From an uncultured delta proteobacterium (GTDB lineage Bacteria > Desulfobacterota > Binatia > Bin18): a stretch of DNA of 26,371 nt. A model generated the notes under the pieces. It made no database searches. It was not told the DNA's origin and saw nothing but the letters and a program-made list of their open reading frames with translations. How positions within the stretch are numbered: the stretch's first letter is position 1; the number at the start of each line of letters is the position of its first letter. The stretch spans positions 1 to 26,371 of the forward strand of contig CAVTCR010000079.1 of the NCBI GenBank assembly GCA_963733195.1, written 5' to 3'. The position numbers were made by a program, and so were the translations under genes. Positions 9,061 to 17,217 of the stretch are shown here, piece by piece.

Positions 9061-10128
9061 ATGGCGAGACGCAACAGTAAGAAGCACTCTGAGGAAATTG
9101 CTTCTACTAATCGACTGTCGCACGAACGTGGAAACCAAGGGCACAAAGTCCCAATTCGCATCGCGTTGGTTGTGTACCCAAATTTTGAACCACTCGACCT
9201 AACCGGTCCCTTCTCAGTCTTTGCTGGTGCAGACCATTGGTTACGTAATCAAGGAAGAGAGACGCCTGCATACACCGTGGAAGTGATGGGCGCTGAGATC
9301 GGTCCACTCAGAGCGGAAGGTGGTTTGGGCATTATAGTAGACCGCTCTTTCCTCACAGTTCGCAGCGGAATCGACACGCTCCTCGTCGTCGGCGGTCGAG
9401 GCAGTCGCAGCCTACCACAGGATAGCGCGTTGTTCACGTGGCTGCGCCGCATGGCCCCTCGGGTGCGTCGGCTCGGCGCAGTTTGCACAGGAAGTTTCGT
9501 CCTCGCTGAAGCCGGTCTTTTGGACGGACGGCGAGTGACAACACATTGGGCCTGGAGTGCGGAACTCGCACGGCGATATCCGCGCTTGATCGTGGATGCC
9601 GACCCCATCTTCATTCGTGACGGCAACATCTATACCTCGGCTGGAGTGACAGCTGGGATGGATCTCGCCTTAGCGCTTGTCGAAGAAGACTACGGTCGCG
9701 AGGTGGCACTGCAAATCGCTCGTGGCCTTGTCCTCTATTTACGACGCCCAGGAGGACAATCGCAATTCAGTACTCTCCTTGTCGCCCAAAGGGGAGACCG
9801 TGAGCCACTACGCGAGTTGCAAAGTTGGATCATAGAAAATGTCGACGCTGACCTCTCGGTGGCCGCATTAGCGCGACGCGTAGCGATGAGCCCGCGCCAC
9901 TTCGCACGAGTATTTGCCCATGAGGTTGGTATGACGCCGGGGCAGTTTGTCGAAAAGGTGCGTGTCGAAGCCGCGCGCCGCCGCCTGGAAGAGTCACTAC
10001 AAGGACTAAAGGTAATTGCCGCAGACTGTGGCTTTGGCAACGCCGACACCATGCGACGTGCGTTCTTACGGACAGTACGAGTCGCGCCGGCTGGGTATCG
10101 CGACCGGTTTCGAGCAGCGGCTGCGTAA
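9061..10128 (+). CDS. GlxA-family AraC transcriptional regulator (DJ-1/PfpI + HTH), InhR-like
   Basis: LDLTGPFSVF, AVCTGSFVLAEAGLLDGRRVTTHW, YTSAGVTAGMDLAL, RRPGGQSQFS and AraC HTH (MSPRHFARVF); start uncertain (ORF open from 8959). Confidence 0.92.
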   Translation: MARRNSKKHSEEIASTNRLSHERGNQGHKVPIRIALVVYPNFEPLDLTGPFSVFAGADHWLRNQGRETPAYTVEVMGAEIGPLRAEGGLGIIVDRSFLTVRSGIDTLLVVGGRGSRSLPQDSALFTWLRRMAPRVRRLGAVCTGSFVLAEAGLLDGRRVTTHWAWSAELARRYPRLIVDADPIFIRDGNIYTSAGVTAGMDLALALVEEDYGREVALQIARGLVLYLRRPGGQSQFSTLLVAQRGDREPLRELQSWIIENVDADLSVAALARRVAMSPRHFARVFAHEVGMTPGQFVEKVRVEAARRRLEESLQGLKVIAADCGFGNADTMRRAFLRTVRVAPAGYRDRFRAAAA

Positions 10129-10225
10129 AGCACAAAAGATTGTCGTAACATAAGAAGCTTAGCTTTCCGTCTGCGCCATACTGCCATGGTAGTTCATTAC
10201 TGATAGTGAGAAAGGAGATAGAATC

Positions 10226-10978
10226 GTGCAGCAAGACGCTTCAGAGTTCACGATAGGGATGCTGATCTTCCCGCGCATGACCCAGCTGGACTTCACAGGT
10301 CCCTTCGAGGTGTTTGCAAGAATTCCGAACGCGAAGGTTCATGTCCTGTGGAAACAGATCGAACCAATCATTAGCGATCGCGGCCTAGCCATTATGCCCA
10401 CGACTACACTCGACGATTGTCCAAATTTGGATCTTATTTGCGTTCCTGGTGGGCCTGGGCAAATCGCCATGATGGATGACGAACAGATTGTCACATTCGT
10501 CCGTAATCAGGGCCAACACGCAAAATTTGTTACCTCCGTGTGTACCGGAGCGCTGATTCTGGGAGCGGCGGGACTCCTAACCGGCTACAAAGCAACCACC
10601 CATTGGATGTCGCACGATCAATTGGCCGCATTTGGAGCGATTCCCGTCGTGAGTCGGATTGTCGTGGATCGGAATCGTATTACTGGCGGCGGCGTCACTG
10701 CCGGGATCGATTTTGGGCTTTCCGTTGCTAGCCTCATCGCGAGCGAGCACGTTGCTCGATCCATTCAACTACAACTCGAATATCATCCTGAACCACCCTT
10801 CAACAGCGGCTCTCCAACAACAGCCACCCCGGAACTCGTCGCGGCAGCCCGGCAGGGCGCAGAGACAATGCTCAGCGAGCGGTCGGCAGCCACTCGACGA
10901 GCAGCTCAGCGGCTTCAACTGTCAACACCAGAGTCTACTCTCGGAGGAGACTCCTCTGTACAAGAGCGAGAGGCCTAA
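10226..10978 (+). CDS. inhA: DJ-1/PfpI family protein, isonitrile (isocyanide) hydratase-like
   Basis: TQLDFTGPFEV (catalytic Asp), SVCTG (catalytic Cys), TGGGVTAGIDFG, IQLQLEYHPEPPFNSGSP; adjacent GlxA regulator. Confidence 0.8.
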   Translation: MQQDASEFTIGMLIFPRMTQLDFTGPFEVFARIPNAKVHVLWKQIEPIISDRGLAIMPTTTLDDCPNLDLICVPGGPGQIAMMDDEQIVTFVRNQGQHAKFVTSVCTGALILGAAGLLTGYKATTHWMSHDQLAAFGAIPVVSRIVVDRNRITGGGVTAGIDFGLSVASLIASEHVARSIQLQLEYHPEPPFNSGSPTTATPELVAAARQGAETMLSERSAATRRAAQRLQLSTPESTLGGDSSVQEREA

Positions 10979-11041
10979 CGTCACATCCAGTGTTCTCAGG
11001 ATGAGCCTTATCAGCGCTAAAGAGGAAGGAGATCCTTATCT

Positions 11042-11350
11042 ATGCTTGAACTGCGACCCACGTGTGAGCATTGCACCAAGCCATTACCCCCGAACTCAAC
11101 CGAAGCAATGATTTGTTCGTTCGAATGTACATTTTGTAAAAGTTGTGTAGATGGCATTCTGAGCAATGTGTGCCCCAATTGCGGCGGCGGTTTCTCAGCG
11201 CGTCCCCATAGACCTTCGCGCAATTGGAAAGGCAACAACCATCTCGGTACCTATCCAGCAGGCGCCACCGTAAAGCATCGGCCCGTTGATTTACGGACTC
11301 ACACACAGTTTGCGGCTGGTATTAAGAGTATTCCGCCCGAGCAACGCTGA
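11042..11350 (+). CDS. DUF1272 Cys-rich protein
   Basis: MLELRPTCEHC...ICSFECTFCKSC...CPNCGGGF..RP signature. Confidence 0.85.
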   Translation: MLELRPTCEHCTKPLPPNSTEAMICSFECTFCKSCVDGILSNVCPNCGGGFSARPHRPSRNWKGNNHLGTYPAGATVKHRPVDLRTHTQFAAGIKSIPPEQR

Positions 11351-11382
11351 ACACTCTCCCTCAATCTGGCAGAGAGGATGAC

Positions 11383-11808
11383 ATGCCGCAACAAGCGATC
11401 TTTGGTCCCTTCTTCGCTACGATTTTCCTGACGCTGGTCGTATGGGTGTACATGTACATCCGCCGGATCAGATTTATCACAAGCAACAATTTCAGCGCGA
11501 AAGAGCTGACCCCGACTGTATTCGCGCAGCTCTCGCCTCCCGAGGTGGCCAATCCATCAGATAACCTCAAGAACCTGTTTGAGATTCCGGTCCTCTTCTA
11601 TGCGCTTGTGCTTTATCTCTTTGTCACAAATCAGGTGGATGCGTTGTATGTGACCGCCGCTTGGGTTTTCGTGGTGTTCCGCGTTTTGCACAGCGTTGTC
11701 CATTGTACGTTCAATCTCATCATGCTCCGCTTCTATCTCTACCTAGTCGCTACGCTTGCGGTGTGGTTCATTGCGATCCGCGCAGCTCTTGTCTACTTCG
11801 GTACGTAG
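11383..11808 (+). CDS. MAPEG-family membrane protein
   Basis: Four hydrophobic segments; SDNLKNLFEIPVLFY and FRVLHSVVH motifs. Confidence 0.8.
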   Translation: MPQQAIFGPFFATIFLTLVVWVYMYIRRIRFITSNNFSAKELTPTVFAQLSPPEVANPSDNLKNLFEIPVLFYALVLYLFVTNQVDALYVTAAWVFVVFRVLHSVVHCTFNLIMLRFYLYLVATLAVWFIAIRAALVYFGT

Positions 11809-11854
11809 TACCGTGGTGCGGACAAGAGCACAATGTTGCCTGCCACGTAGAACT

Positions 11855-12643
11855 CTACACAAAGTCTACTCCAGCAAGGAATGCAAGCAGCGTATTGGTG
11901 AAGACCTCAGGTTTCTCATCAGGTACGAAATGGCCACACTCAGGAATCATCAGCAGACGAGAATGCGGCAGTACTCGACTCATCTTTACAGCACCGCCTG
12001 GAGGAGTCAGCACATCCTCCAAACCTTGCAGAATCAAGGTCGGTACCTGAATGCGCTTCAGATCCGCCGTCCAATTGAATGCACTGACAGCCCGTGCTGC
12101 CGCCGCGAAGGCATACGGGTCGTTGGCAGCCGTAAGGCGCTGCCTGTTTTGCACTCGCTCAGGATATGCCTGGGTAAAATTCGCCGCATGGAGGCGATCG
12201 GCCATCCCTGCTGCAGCGGTAAATCCACGCTGCTCAACACCAGCCGCCAGCTCCTCCCAGGCAACCTGCGCTTTGGCATTCACTTCACTGGAAGTGCTAA
12301 TGAGTGTCAGGGATTGCACCAGCTCTGGATAATCAAGTGCAAAGCGCTGGGCGATAACACCCCCCATCGAAATGCCGGCCACATGGGCGCGGGTCACCTG
12401 ACAAGCTCGTACCAGACCAGCCAAATCACTGGCAAAGAGTTGAGGCGAATACGGACCAGACGGTTTATCCGACTCGCCAAAGCCACGAACATCAACACGT
12501 AACACACGGTGATGCCGTGCGAGATCAGGAGTACACCCATCCCAGTCACGCAAACTCATCCCGAGACCATGGATGAGAATCAGATCCGTCCCCTGCCCCT
12601 CTTGTTCATAGTGCAACCGCACACCGTCGATCGTAGTGAACAT
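11855..12643 (-). CDS. alpha/beta hydrolase (3-oxoadipate enol-lactonase-like)
   Basis: LIHGLG, DVRGFGES, GISMGG nucleophile elbow, GLEDVLTP and CGH; RBS GGAGG before ATG 12643. Confidence 0.88.
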   Translation of the reverse strand: MFTTIDGVRLHYEQEGQGTDLILIHGLGMSLRDWDGCTPDLARHHRVLRVDVRGFGESDKPSGPYSPQLFASDLAGLVRACQVTRAHVAGISMGGVIAQRFALDYPELVQSLTLISTSSEVNAKAQVAWEELAAGVEQRGFTAAAGMADRLHAANFTQAYPERVQNRQRLTAANDPYAFAAAARAVSAFNWTADLKRIQVPTLILQGLEDVLTPPGGAVKMSRVLPHSRLLMIPECGHFVPDEKPEVFTNTLLAFLAGVDFV

Positions 12644-12761
12644 CGGTGCCTCCTCTCCAGCAACGAGGAGTATTACGATAGATGGGCTGCAGATCAAGCC
12701 AAGGAAAGAGCCTGAGCGAGAGCATATTTGCCTAAGCGAGAATGCATGACAGTGGGACACT

Positions 12762-12837
12762 CAGGTCCTTGATATATAAGATTCTGCTCTTCTTCTCTGA
12801 AAGGTGACGACCAAGCAACCGATAAATCAAGACTTGC
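12762..12837 (+). repeat. Dispersed intergenic repeat, copy A
   Basis: About 80% identical over 70 bp to 16839-16906; its 3' 42 bp match 16075-16117. Confidence 0.75.
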
Positions 12838-12874
12838 CCCTTGATCCTGCGAGGGCAAATGGGCCACAACCCCC

Positions 12875-13897
12875 TCAGAACTCTATGCGGTCGCCCTGTT
12901 CAGGAAAGAGGAAACGGATTCCCAAATCATTGAGTTCTGCCACTTGCTGTATGATCTGCCCGCGCTCAGACTGCACGCGCTGGAGCGTCGGTTTGATATG
13001 ACTCACGATCACAGTGATCCCGCTCAAGGCACTGGTTGGTTGTTGAGGATTCACGAGGGCAGCCAAGCGATGCAGTTCCTTCATGAGCCACAGTGGCGTC
13101 AAATGGCCGTATAATTGGGTGACGTCCCGCCCATTGGGATAGGAAATCTCCAAGAAGAGCCCACGAAGGCTCCCTTGTCGTATGAGGGGGGTAATCGACT
13201 GCCAAACTTGAGACAGGTTATCGCACTGCTCGGCCTCGTCTGGCCCGGTATCCCCCACATAGAGCGCATACGCGCCCTTGGCCTGCAGCAAGAAAGCGGT
13301 CGAGGGTGCCCCAGCATGACATAAGACGAAAGGGATAACCGTCAATCGCGTCCCGGCGATGGCTTGTTCCTGGCCGGGATGTAATCGGACGAAGTGATAT
13401 TTCTTGAGCGGGCGGCCAGGACCTTCGTCACCAAAATTCGGCCAGATATGCTCATTGAACACATGATCCCGCAGTTGTTCAATAGTTGAGGGCAGCGCCA
13501 GAATATTCTTGGACACGTCCTCTGGGGAGTTCAGCACTAGCCCGGCGAGATGATCGAGATGAGCATGCGACAGGAGATAGGCTTTGATGTGCTGCGTCAG
13601 CACTTGCCCTTCTACACTCAGGGACGATGAGGTCGGTAGGGCAATATCCGACAAATTCCCCTTGCGATTTGCCTGCTGCAAGCCGGTCAGGAGCGTCCCC
13701 GCATCAAGGGCCACAAAGTCCGTGCTGCCAGTCGGTGCGAGTAAATACGATGACAGGTTAGACTCTGTCAACCCGCCGGCCGTGCCCAAGACGATCGTCA
13801 CAAATTGAGGCTCAAGGACCACAGCGCTTATTATATGCCTTTGAGCGACAAAAGTGAGTACTCCCCAGAACAACAGTATAGTCAGAGGTCTTCTCAT
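12875..13897 (-). CDS. Class II 3',5'-cyclic nucleotide phosphodiesterase (metallo-beta-lactamase fold), probably exported
   Basis: LGTAGGLTESNLSSYL, LDAGTL, SHAHLDHLAGLV, FNEHIWPNF, GDTGPD, LYGHLTP and SHIKP motifs; hydrophobic N-terminus; start uncertain. Confidence 0.88.
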   Translation of the reverse strand: MRRPLTILLFWGVLTFVAQRHIISAVVLEPQFVTIVLGTAGGLTESNLSSYLLAPTGSTDFVALDAGTLLTGLQQANRKGNLSDIALPTSSSLSVEGQVLTQHIKAYLLSHAHLDHLAGLVLNSPEDVSKNILALPSTIEQLRDHVFNEHIWPNFGDEGPGRPLKKYHFVRLHPGQEQAIAGTRLTVIPFVLCHAGAPSTAFLLQAKGAYALYVGDTGPDEAEQCDNLSQVWQSITPLIRQGSLRGLFLEISYPNGRDVTQLYGHLTPLWLMKELHRLAALVNPQQPTSALSGITVIVSHIKPTLQRVQSERGQIIQQVAELNDLGIRFLFPEQGDRIEF

Positions 13898-14021
13898 AGC
13901 AATGGCAACCCTGAGGACAGGGACCAAGGATCTAAGCAAAGAGCCAGTAGGCTGTCAAACAGCAGTACAGTCCGGTAGGGGGTCAGTTTGGCAGATGACG
14001 CTACGGCAATGTCATTCTGAG

Positions 14022-14275
14022 TACACGATAGCGCGGCGCTAAGCCCGTGGGCAGAAACATGAGACGGGCCCAGCTATGCTACCTGGGCCCGTCCAGACAA
14101 GCTAAGACCCTGGTCGGCAATGGTGCGACCGTAGCCCGATTCTGAGTATGGTTCTGGTCCCGCATGGAGCGAAGAGTGGTGGCGAGGGCGCCGACGCCCC
14201 TTGACCCCGTTGAGCAGCATAGCCGAACTGAGGGGGACCAGGTCTGGACGCAGTAGAGAGGCCGGACGAAAGGAG
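14022..14275 (+). ncRNA. Candidate IS110 bridge/seek RNA region
   Basis: About 260 nt non-coding left end with an 11-bp perfect hairpin (14063-14093), long-range complementary segments and short matches to the donor and target junctions; boundaries and strand inferred. Confidence 0.6.
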
Positions 14276-14285
14276 GAAGCAGACG

Positions 14286-15650
14286 ATGCCACACAAGCGA
14301 CAGCCCGCGCGCCAGCTTCGCGCAGAGCTGGCCCCGCTCAATCCCCATGCGGCAGGCTTGGATATTGGGGCCGAAGAGATTTGGGCGTGCGTGCCCGCGG
14401 ACCGCGATCCGCAGTCGGTGCGCGCCTTTGGCACCTTTACGCCGGATTTGACGGCGTTAGCCCAGTGGTTAGCCCAGTGTCAGATCACGACGGTGGCGAT
14501 GGAATCGACCGGAGTGTATTGGATTCCGATCTATGAGCTCTTGGAGGCGCGCGGCTTTGCAGTCTATCTGGTCAACGCCCGCCATCTCAAGCACGTCCCT
14601 GGACGCAAGAGTGATGTACAAGATTGTCAGTGGATTCAGCGCTTACACAGTTATGGCTTACTGACGGCCTCGTTCCGGCCCGCGGAGGAGATGCGGGTCT
14701 TACGGGCCTACCTACGCCAGCGGGCGATGTTAGTGGAGCACCGGGCAGCCCACATCCAACACATGCAGAAAGCCTTGCAGCAGATGAACCTGCAATTGAC
14801 GCAGGTCTTAAGCGATATCACCGGCACGACGGGCATAGCGATCATGCGGGCGGTGGTCGCGGGCGAACGCGATCCGCAAGTCTTGGCCCGCTTCCGCCAC
14901 GGGCGCTGTCAGGCCAGTGAGGCCGAGATTGCCAAGGCGCTCACGGGTCACTACCGGCCCGAACACGTCTTTGCCCTCAAGCAGGCGTTAGCCTTGTATG
15001 ACTTCTACACCGCGCAAGTGCAGGAGTGTGACACCTCTATCGAGCAGCACTATACCGCCATCAAGCCGGTTTACGAGCAAGAGCCGCCGCCGCTAGGACC
15101 ATCGCCTAAGCCCAACTCGCATGCCAAGAATGCGCCCGCGTTCGATGTCCGGGTGTGTTTGTACCGCATCTTGGGCATTGATGTAACCGCGATGGAGGGC
15201 CTGGAGGCCAGTAGTGCTCAGGTGCTGTTGTCCGAGATTGGCACCGACATGAGCAAGTGCCCCACCGAGAAGCACTTCGCGTCCTGGCTGGGGTTGGCCC
15301 CTCACAACGACATCTCCGGGGGGCGGGTGTTACGCAGCCATCCCTTAAAAGTGCGGAACCGGGCGGGGCAGGTTTTGCGGCTAGCCGCCCAAGCCCTGGG
15401 CCGGACCCAGACCGCCTTGGGTAGTTATTACCGTCGTCTTCGTGCGCGCAAGGGACCCCAACAGGCGGTGACAGCCACGGCCCATAAACTCGCGCGCATG
15501 CTGTACCATCTGCTGAAGTATCGGGAACCGTATCACCCTCCAAGTCAGGAGGCCTATGCTCAACATTATCGCCAGCGGCAAATTCGTCACCTCAAACGGA
15601 ATGCTGCACGATTGGGGTTCACGCTCCTCCCCCAACCGGTCGCGGCTTAA
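14286..15650 (+). CDS. IS110 DEDD recombinase/transposase
   Basis: GLDIG, AMESTGVYW, KSDVQD RuvC-like motifs; C-terminal FASWLGLAP..DISGG domain and ATAHKLAR; RBS AAGGAGG. Confidence 0.95.
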   Translation: MPHKRQPARQLRAELAPLNPHAAGLDIGAEEIWACVPADRDPQSVRAFGTFTPDLTALAQWLAQCQITTVAMESTGVYWIPIYELLEARGFAVYLVNARHLKHVPGRKSDVQDCQWIQRLHSYGLLTASFRPAEEMRVLRAYLRQRAMLVEHRAAHIQHMQKALQQMNLQLTQVLSDITGTTGIAIMRAVVAGERDPQVLARFRHGRCQASEAEIAKALTGHYRPEHVFALKQALALYDFYTAQVQECDTSIEQHYTAIKPVYEQEPPPLGPSPKPNSHAKNAPAFDVRVCLYRILGIDVTAMEGLEASSAQVLLSEIGTDMSKCPTEKHFASWLGLAPHNDISGGRVLRSHPLKVRNRAGQVLRLAAQALGRTQTALGSYYRRLRARKGPQQAVTATAHKLARMLYHLLKYREPYHPPSQEAYAQHYRQRQIRHLKRNAARLGFTLLPQPVAA

Positions 15651-15658
15651 CGTTTTGT

Positions 15659-15752
15659 TTCTGAGCAGCCGACGCGCAGCAGAGACGAAGAATCTCTCCT
15701 CTACGTGCGCCAACCTGAGAGATTCTTCGTCGCGCTGCTCCTCAGAATGACA
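15659..15752. repeat. Right part of the palindromic repeat interrupted by IS110 (left part 14010-14021)
   Basis: CTCAGAATGACA (15741-15752) is the perfect complement of TGTCATTCTGAG (14010-14021); internal 15-bp IR 15684-15698 / 15717-15731. Confidence 0.85.
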
Positions 15753-15770
15753 TAGACTGGGAAGTTTCTC

Positions 15771-16016
15771 TTGAAGCCGAAAAGGGAAACTGATCCACAC
15801 CGTGTCATTGCGGTGTTGAAGGAGGTCGCCAGCGCGCACCCGCTGATGATAGACGATCCGCCACCACAAGCATTGCTGATCAAGTTCGGTACCAATGCGC
15901 TCGATTTCGAGCTGCGTGTACGGACAAGTCGCTTTGAGGAGTGGGGACAGATTCGCAGCGATCTCGCTATCGCTATCAACACTGCCTTTGGAGAAGGGTA
16001 CATCACAGTAACATAA
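15771..16016 (+). pseudogene. C-terminal remnant of an MscS mechanosensitive channel
   Basis: TDPHRVIAVLKEVASAHP....PPPQALLIKFGTNALDFELRV.....IRSDLAIAI resembles the MscS C-terminal domain; no TM region upstream. Confidence 0.7.
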
Positions 16017-16074
16017 AACACAGTGCGATTTTGTAGGCGTTGTCAGCTCTGAAAGACGCAAGCAAGGTCACACC

Positions 16075-16117
16075 TCAGAAAGGAGACGACCAACCAACTG
16101 ATCAATCAAGCACTTGC
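16075..16117 (+). repeat. Dispersed intergenic repeat, copy C (partial), with IHF-consensus site
   Basis: TCAGAAAGGAGACGACCAACCAACTGATCAATCAAGCACTTGC versus copy A TCTGAAAGGTGACGACCAAGCAACCGATAAATCAAGACTTGC; AATCAAGCACTTG fits WATCAANNNNTTR. Confidence 0.7.
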
Positions 16118-16166
16118 GTGTCCTGTTAATCAGTACGGAAAAGAATCCATGCTTTCACGATTTGCC

Positions 16167-16195
16167 TTGACATGCGTTACATTACACATTACGGT
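16167..16195 (+). promoter_or_regulatory. sigma70-type promoter of higBA, probably leaderless
   Basis: TTGACA (16167-16172), 17 bp spacer, TACGGT (16190-16195); ATG at 16201 with no RBS. Confidence 0.55.
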
Positions 16196-16200
16196 TCGAC

Positions 16201-16479
16201 ATGATCCTTTTGATCCGCCACAAGGGGCTAAAGCGTCTGCACGACGATGACGACCCGCGCGGCGTGATCGCGGAACATGCAACCAAGCTGCAAGATATTC
16301 TTGCGCGCTTGGATGCCGCCGCTACAGTGGAGGATATGGACTTGCCGGGGTTCCGGCTCCATCCGCTTAAGGGCGATTTGAAAGGCTTCTGGGCGGTCAC
16401 AGTACGCGCCAACTGGCGGGTTATCTTCCGCTTTATCGCGCAGAATGCCACGGATGTCGACTATGTTGACTATCACTAG
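16201..16479 (+). CDS. higB: HigB (RelE-like) toxin
   Basis: RHKGLKRL...LARLDAA...PGFRLHPLKGDLKGFWAVTVRANWRVIFRF...VDYVDYH. Confidence 0.92.
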   Translation: MILLIRHKGLKRLHDDDDPRGVIAEHATKLQDILARLDAAATVEDMDLPGFRLHPLKGDLKGFWAVTVRANWRVIFRFIAQNATDVDYVDYH

Positions 16480-16491
16480 GGAGGCTCAACC

Positions 16492-16773
16492 ATGCCAATG
16501 AAAAATCCCCCACACCCCGGTAGCTTTGTCCTGCGTCAGTGCATCGAGCCGTTAGGCTTGACCATCACGCAAGCCGCCGCGGCGCTTGGCGTGACCCGTA
16601 CCACTTTGTCTGAATTAGTGCATGAGAAGCGCGGCATTTCGCCAGAAATGGCCGTGCGCCTGTCCCAGGTCTTCGGCGGTTCCGCCGAAAGCTGGGTAAC
16701 GCAGCAAGCGCATTACGACCTTGCGCGGGTGCGGCGGGATAAGATCAAACTCAAGCGACTTGAAATGGCGTAG
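16492..16773 (+). CDS. higA: HigA antitoxin (HTH-XRE)
   Basis: MKNPPHPG...[21 protein letters not shown]...ISPEMAVRL...SAESW...Q..YDL. Confidence 0.92.
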   Translation: MPMKNPPHPGSFVLRQCIEPLGLTITQAAAALGVTRTTLSELVHEKRGISPEMAVRLSQVFGGSAESWVTQQAHYDLARVRRDKIKLKRLEMA

Positions 16774-16838
16774 GGGAAGGCGGCGGCGTATCTCCCGGGG
16801 TGTTTGAAAATCCGCTACGCCCGTGAGAAAAATGGGCG

Positions 16839-16906
16839 CAGGTCTTGAGAGATAAGATTTTGCTCTTCTTCCTTGAAAGGAGGCGGCCAAGTAACGATAA
16901 ATCAGG
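16839..16906 (+). repeat. Dispersed intergenic repeat, copy B
   Basis: About 80% identical to 12762-12831; preceded at 16797 by GGGGTGTTTGAAAA, resembling an IS terminal repeat. Confidence 0.75.
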
Positions 16907-16983
16907 CCGAAAATGCGGCCATGAAAATCGGCTGTGAATATGGGGTTAACCTGCCCCTCTAGTAGGTGATGCACTTGCCAGTC

Positions 16984-17184
16984 TCAATCCAACATCTGCG
17001 CGGATTGCAAGTGAGCGATCTCTGCTGCGGAATAGCCGAGCAAGTCGCGGAGTACCCATTCGGTGTCCTGGCCTAACAACGGCGTTGGTGCGCGCACCCC
17101 GTTCGGAGCGTGTATCAGAAGCCACGGCATCCCAGCATATGTCCGTACCTCGACCTCCGGATGAGGAGAACGTAGGGCGGACAC
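16984..17184 (-). pseudogene. C-terminal remnant of a family III CoA-transferase (CaiB/BaiF)
   Basis: HPEV......PW.......PTPLLGQDTEWVLRDLLGYSAAEIAHL is the typical C-terminus of this family; the rest is missing. Confidence 0.7.
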
Positions 17185-17217
17185 TCCCGCCCTACTATTG
17201 AGTACGACTTCCTACGT

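Larger units (their letters stand above)
14015..15665 (+). mobile_element. IS110-family insertion sequence bounded by TTCTGAG cores
   Basis: TTCTGAG at 14015-14021 and 15659-15665; removing the element rejoins a palindromic repeat; no terminal IRs; long 5' non-coding end. Confidence 0.88.

Noticed and set aside
10973-11030. GCCTAAC at the inhA stop as an attC R'' box
   Set aside because: No L boxes, fold-back or GTTRRRY partner downstream
11756-12502. 248-aa plus-strand ORF and similar overlapping ORFs (e.g. 3920-4492, 15381-16061, 17627-18217)
   Set aside because: Antisense or alternate-frame shadows of well-supported genes with no recognisable motifs
12797-12813. sigma54 promoter within the three-copy repeat (minus strand TGGTCGT-N4-TTTCA)
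   Set aside because: The -12 GC dinucleotide is absent, and copies B and C do not precede a minus-strand gene
15647-15665. sigma70 promoter formed across the IS110 circle junction
   Set aside because: No convincing -35/-10 pair at 16-18 bp spacing could be read by eye
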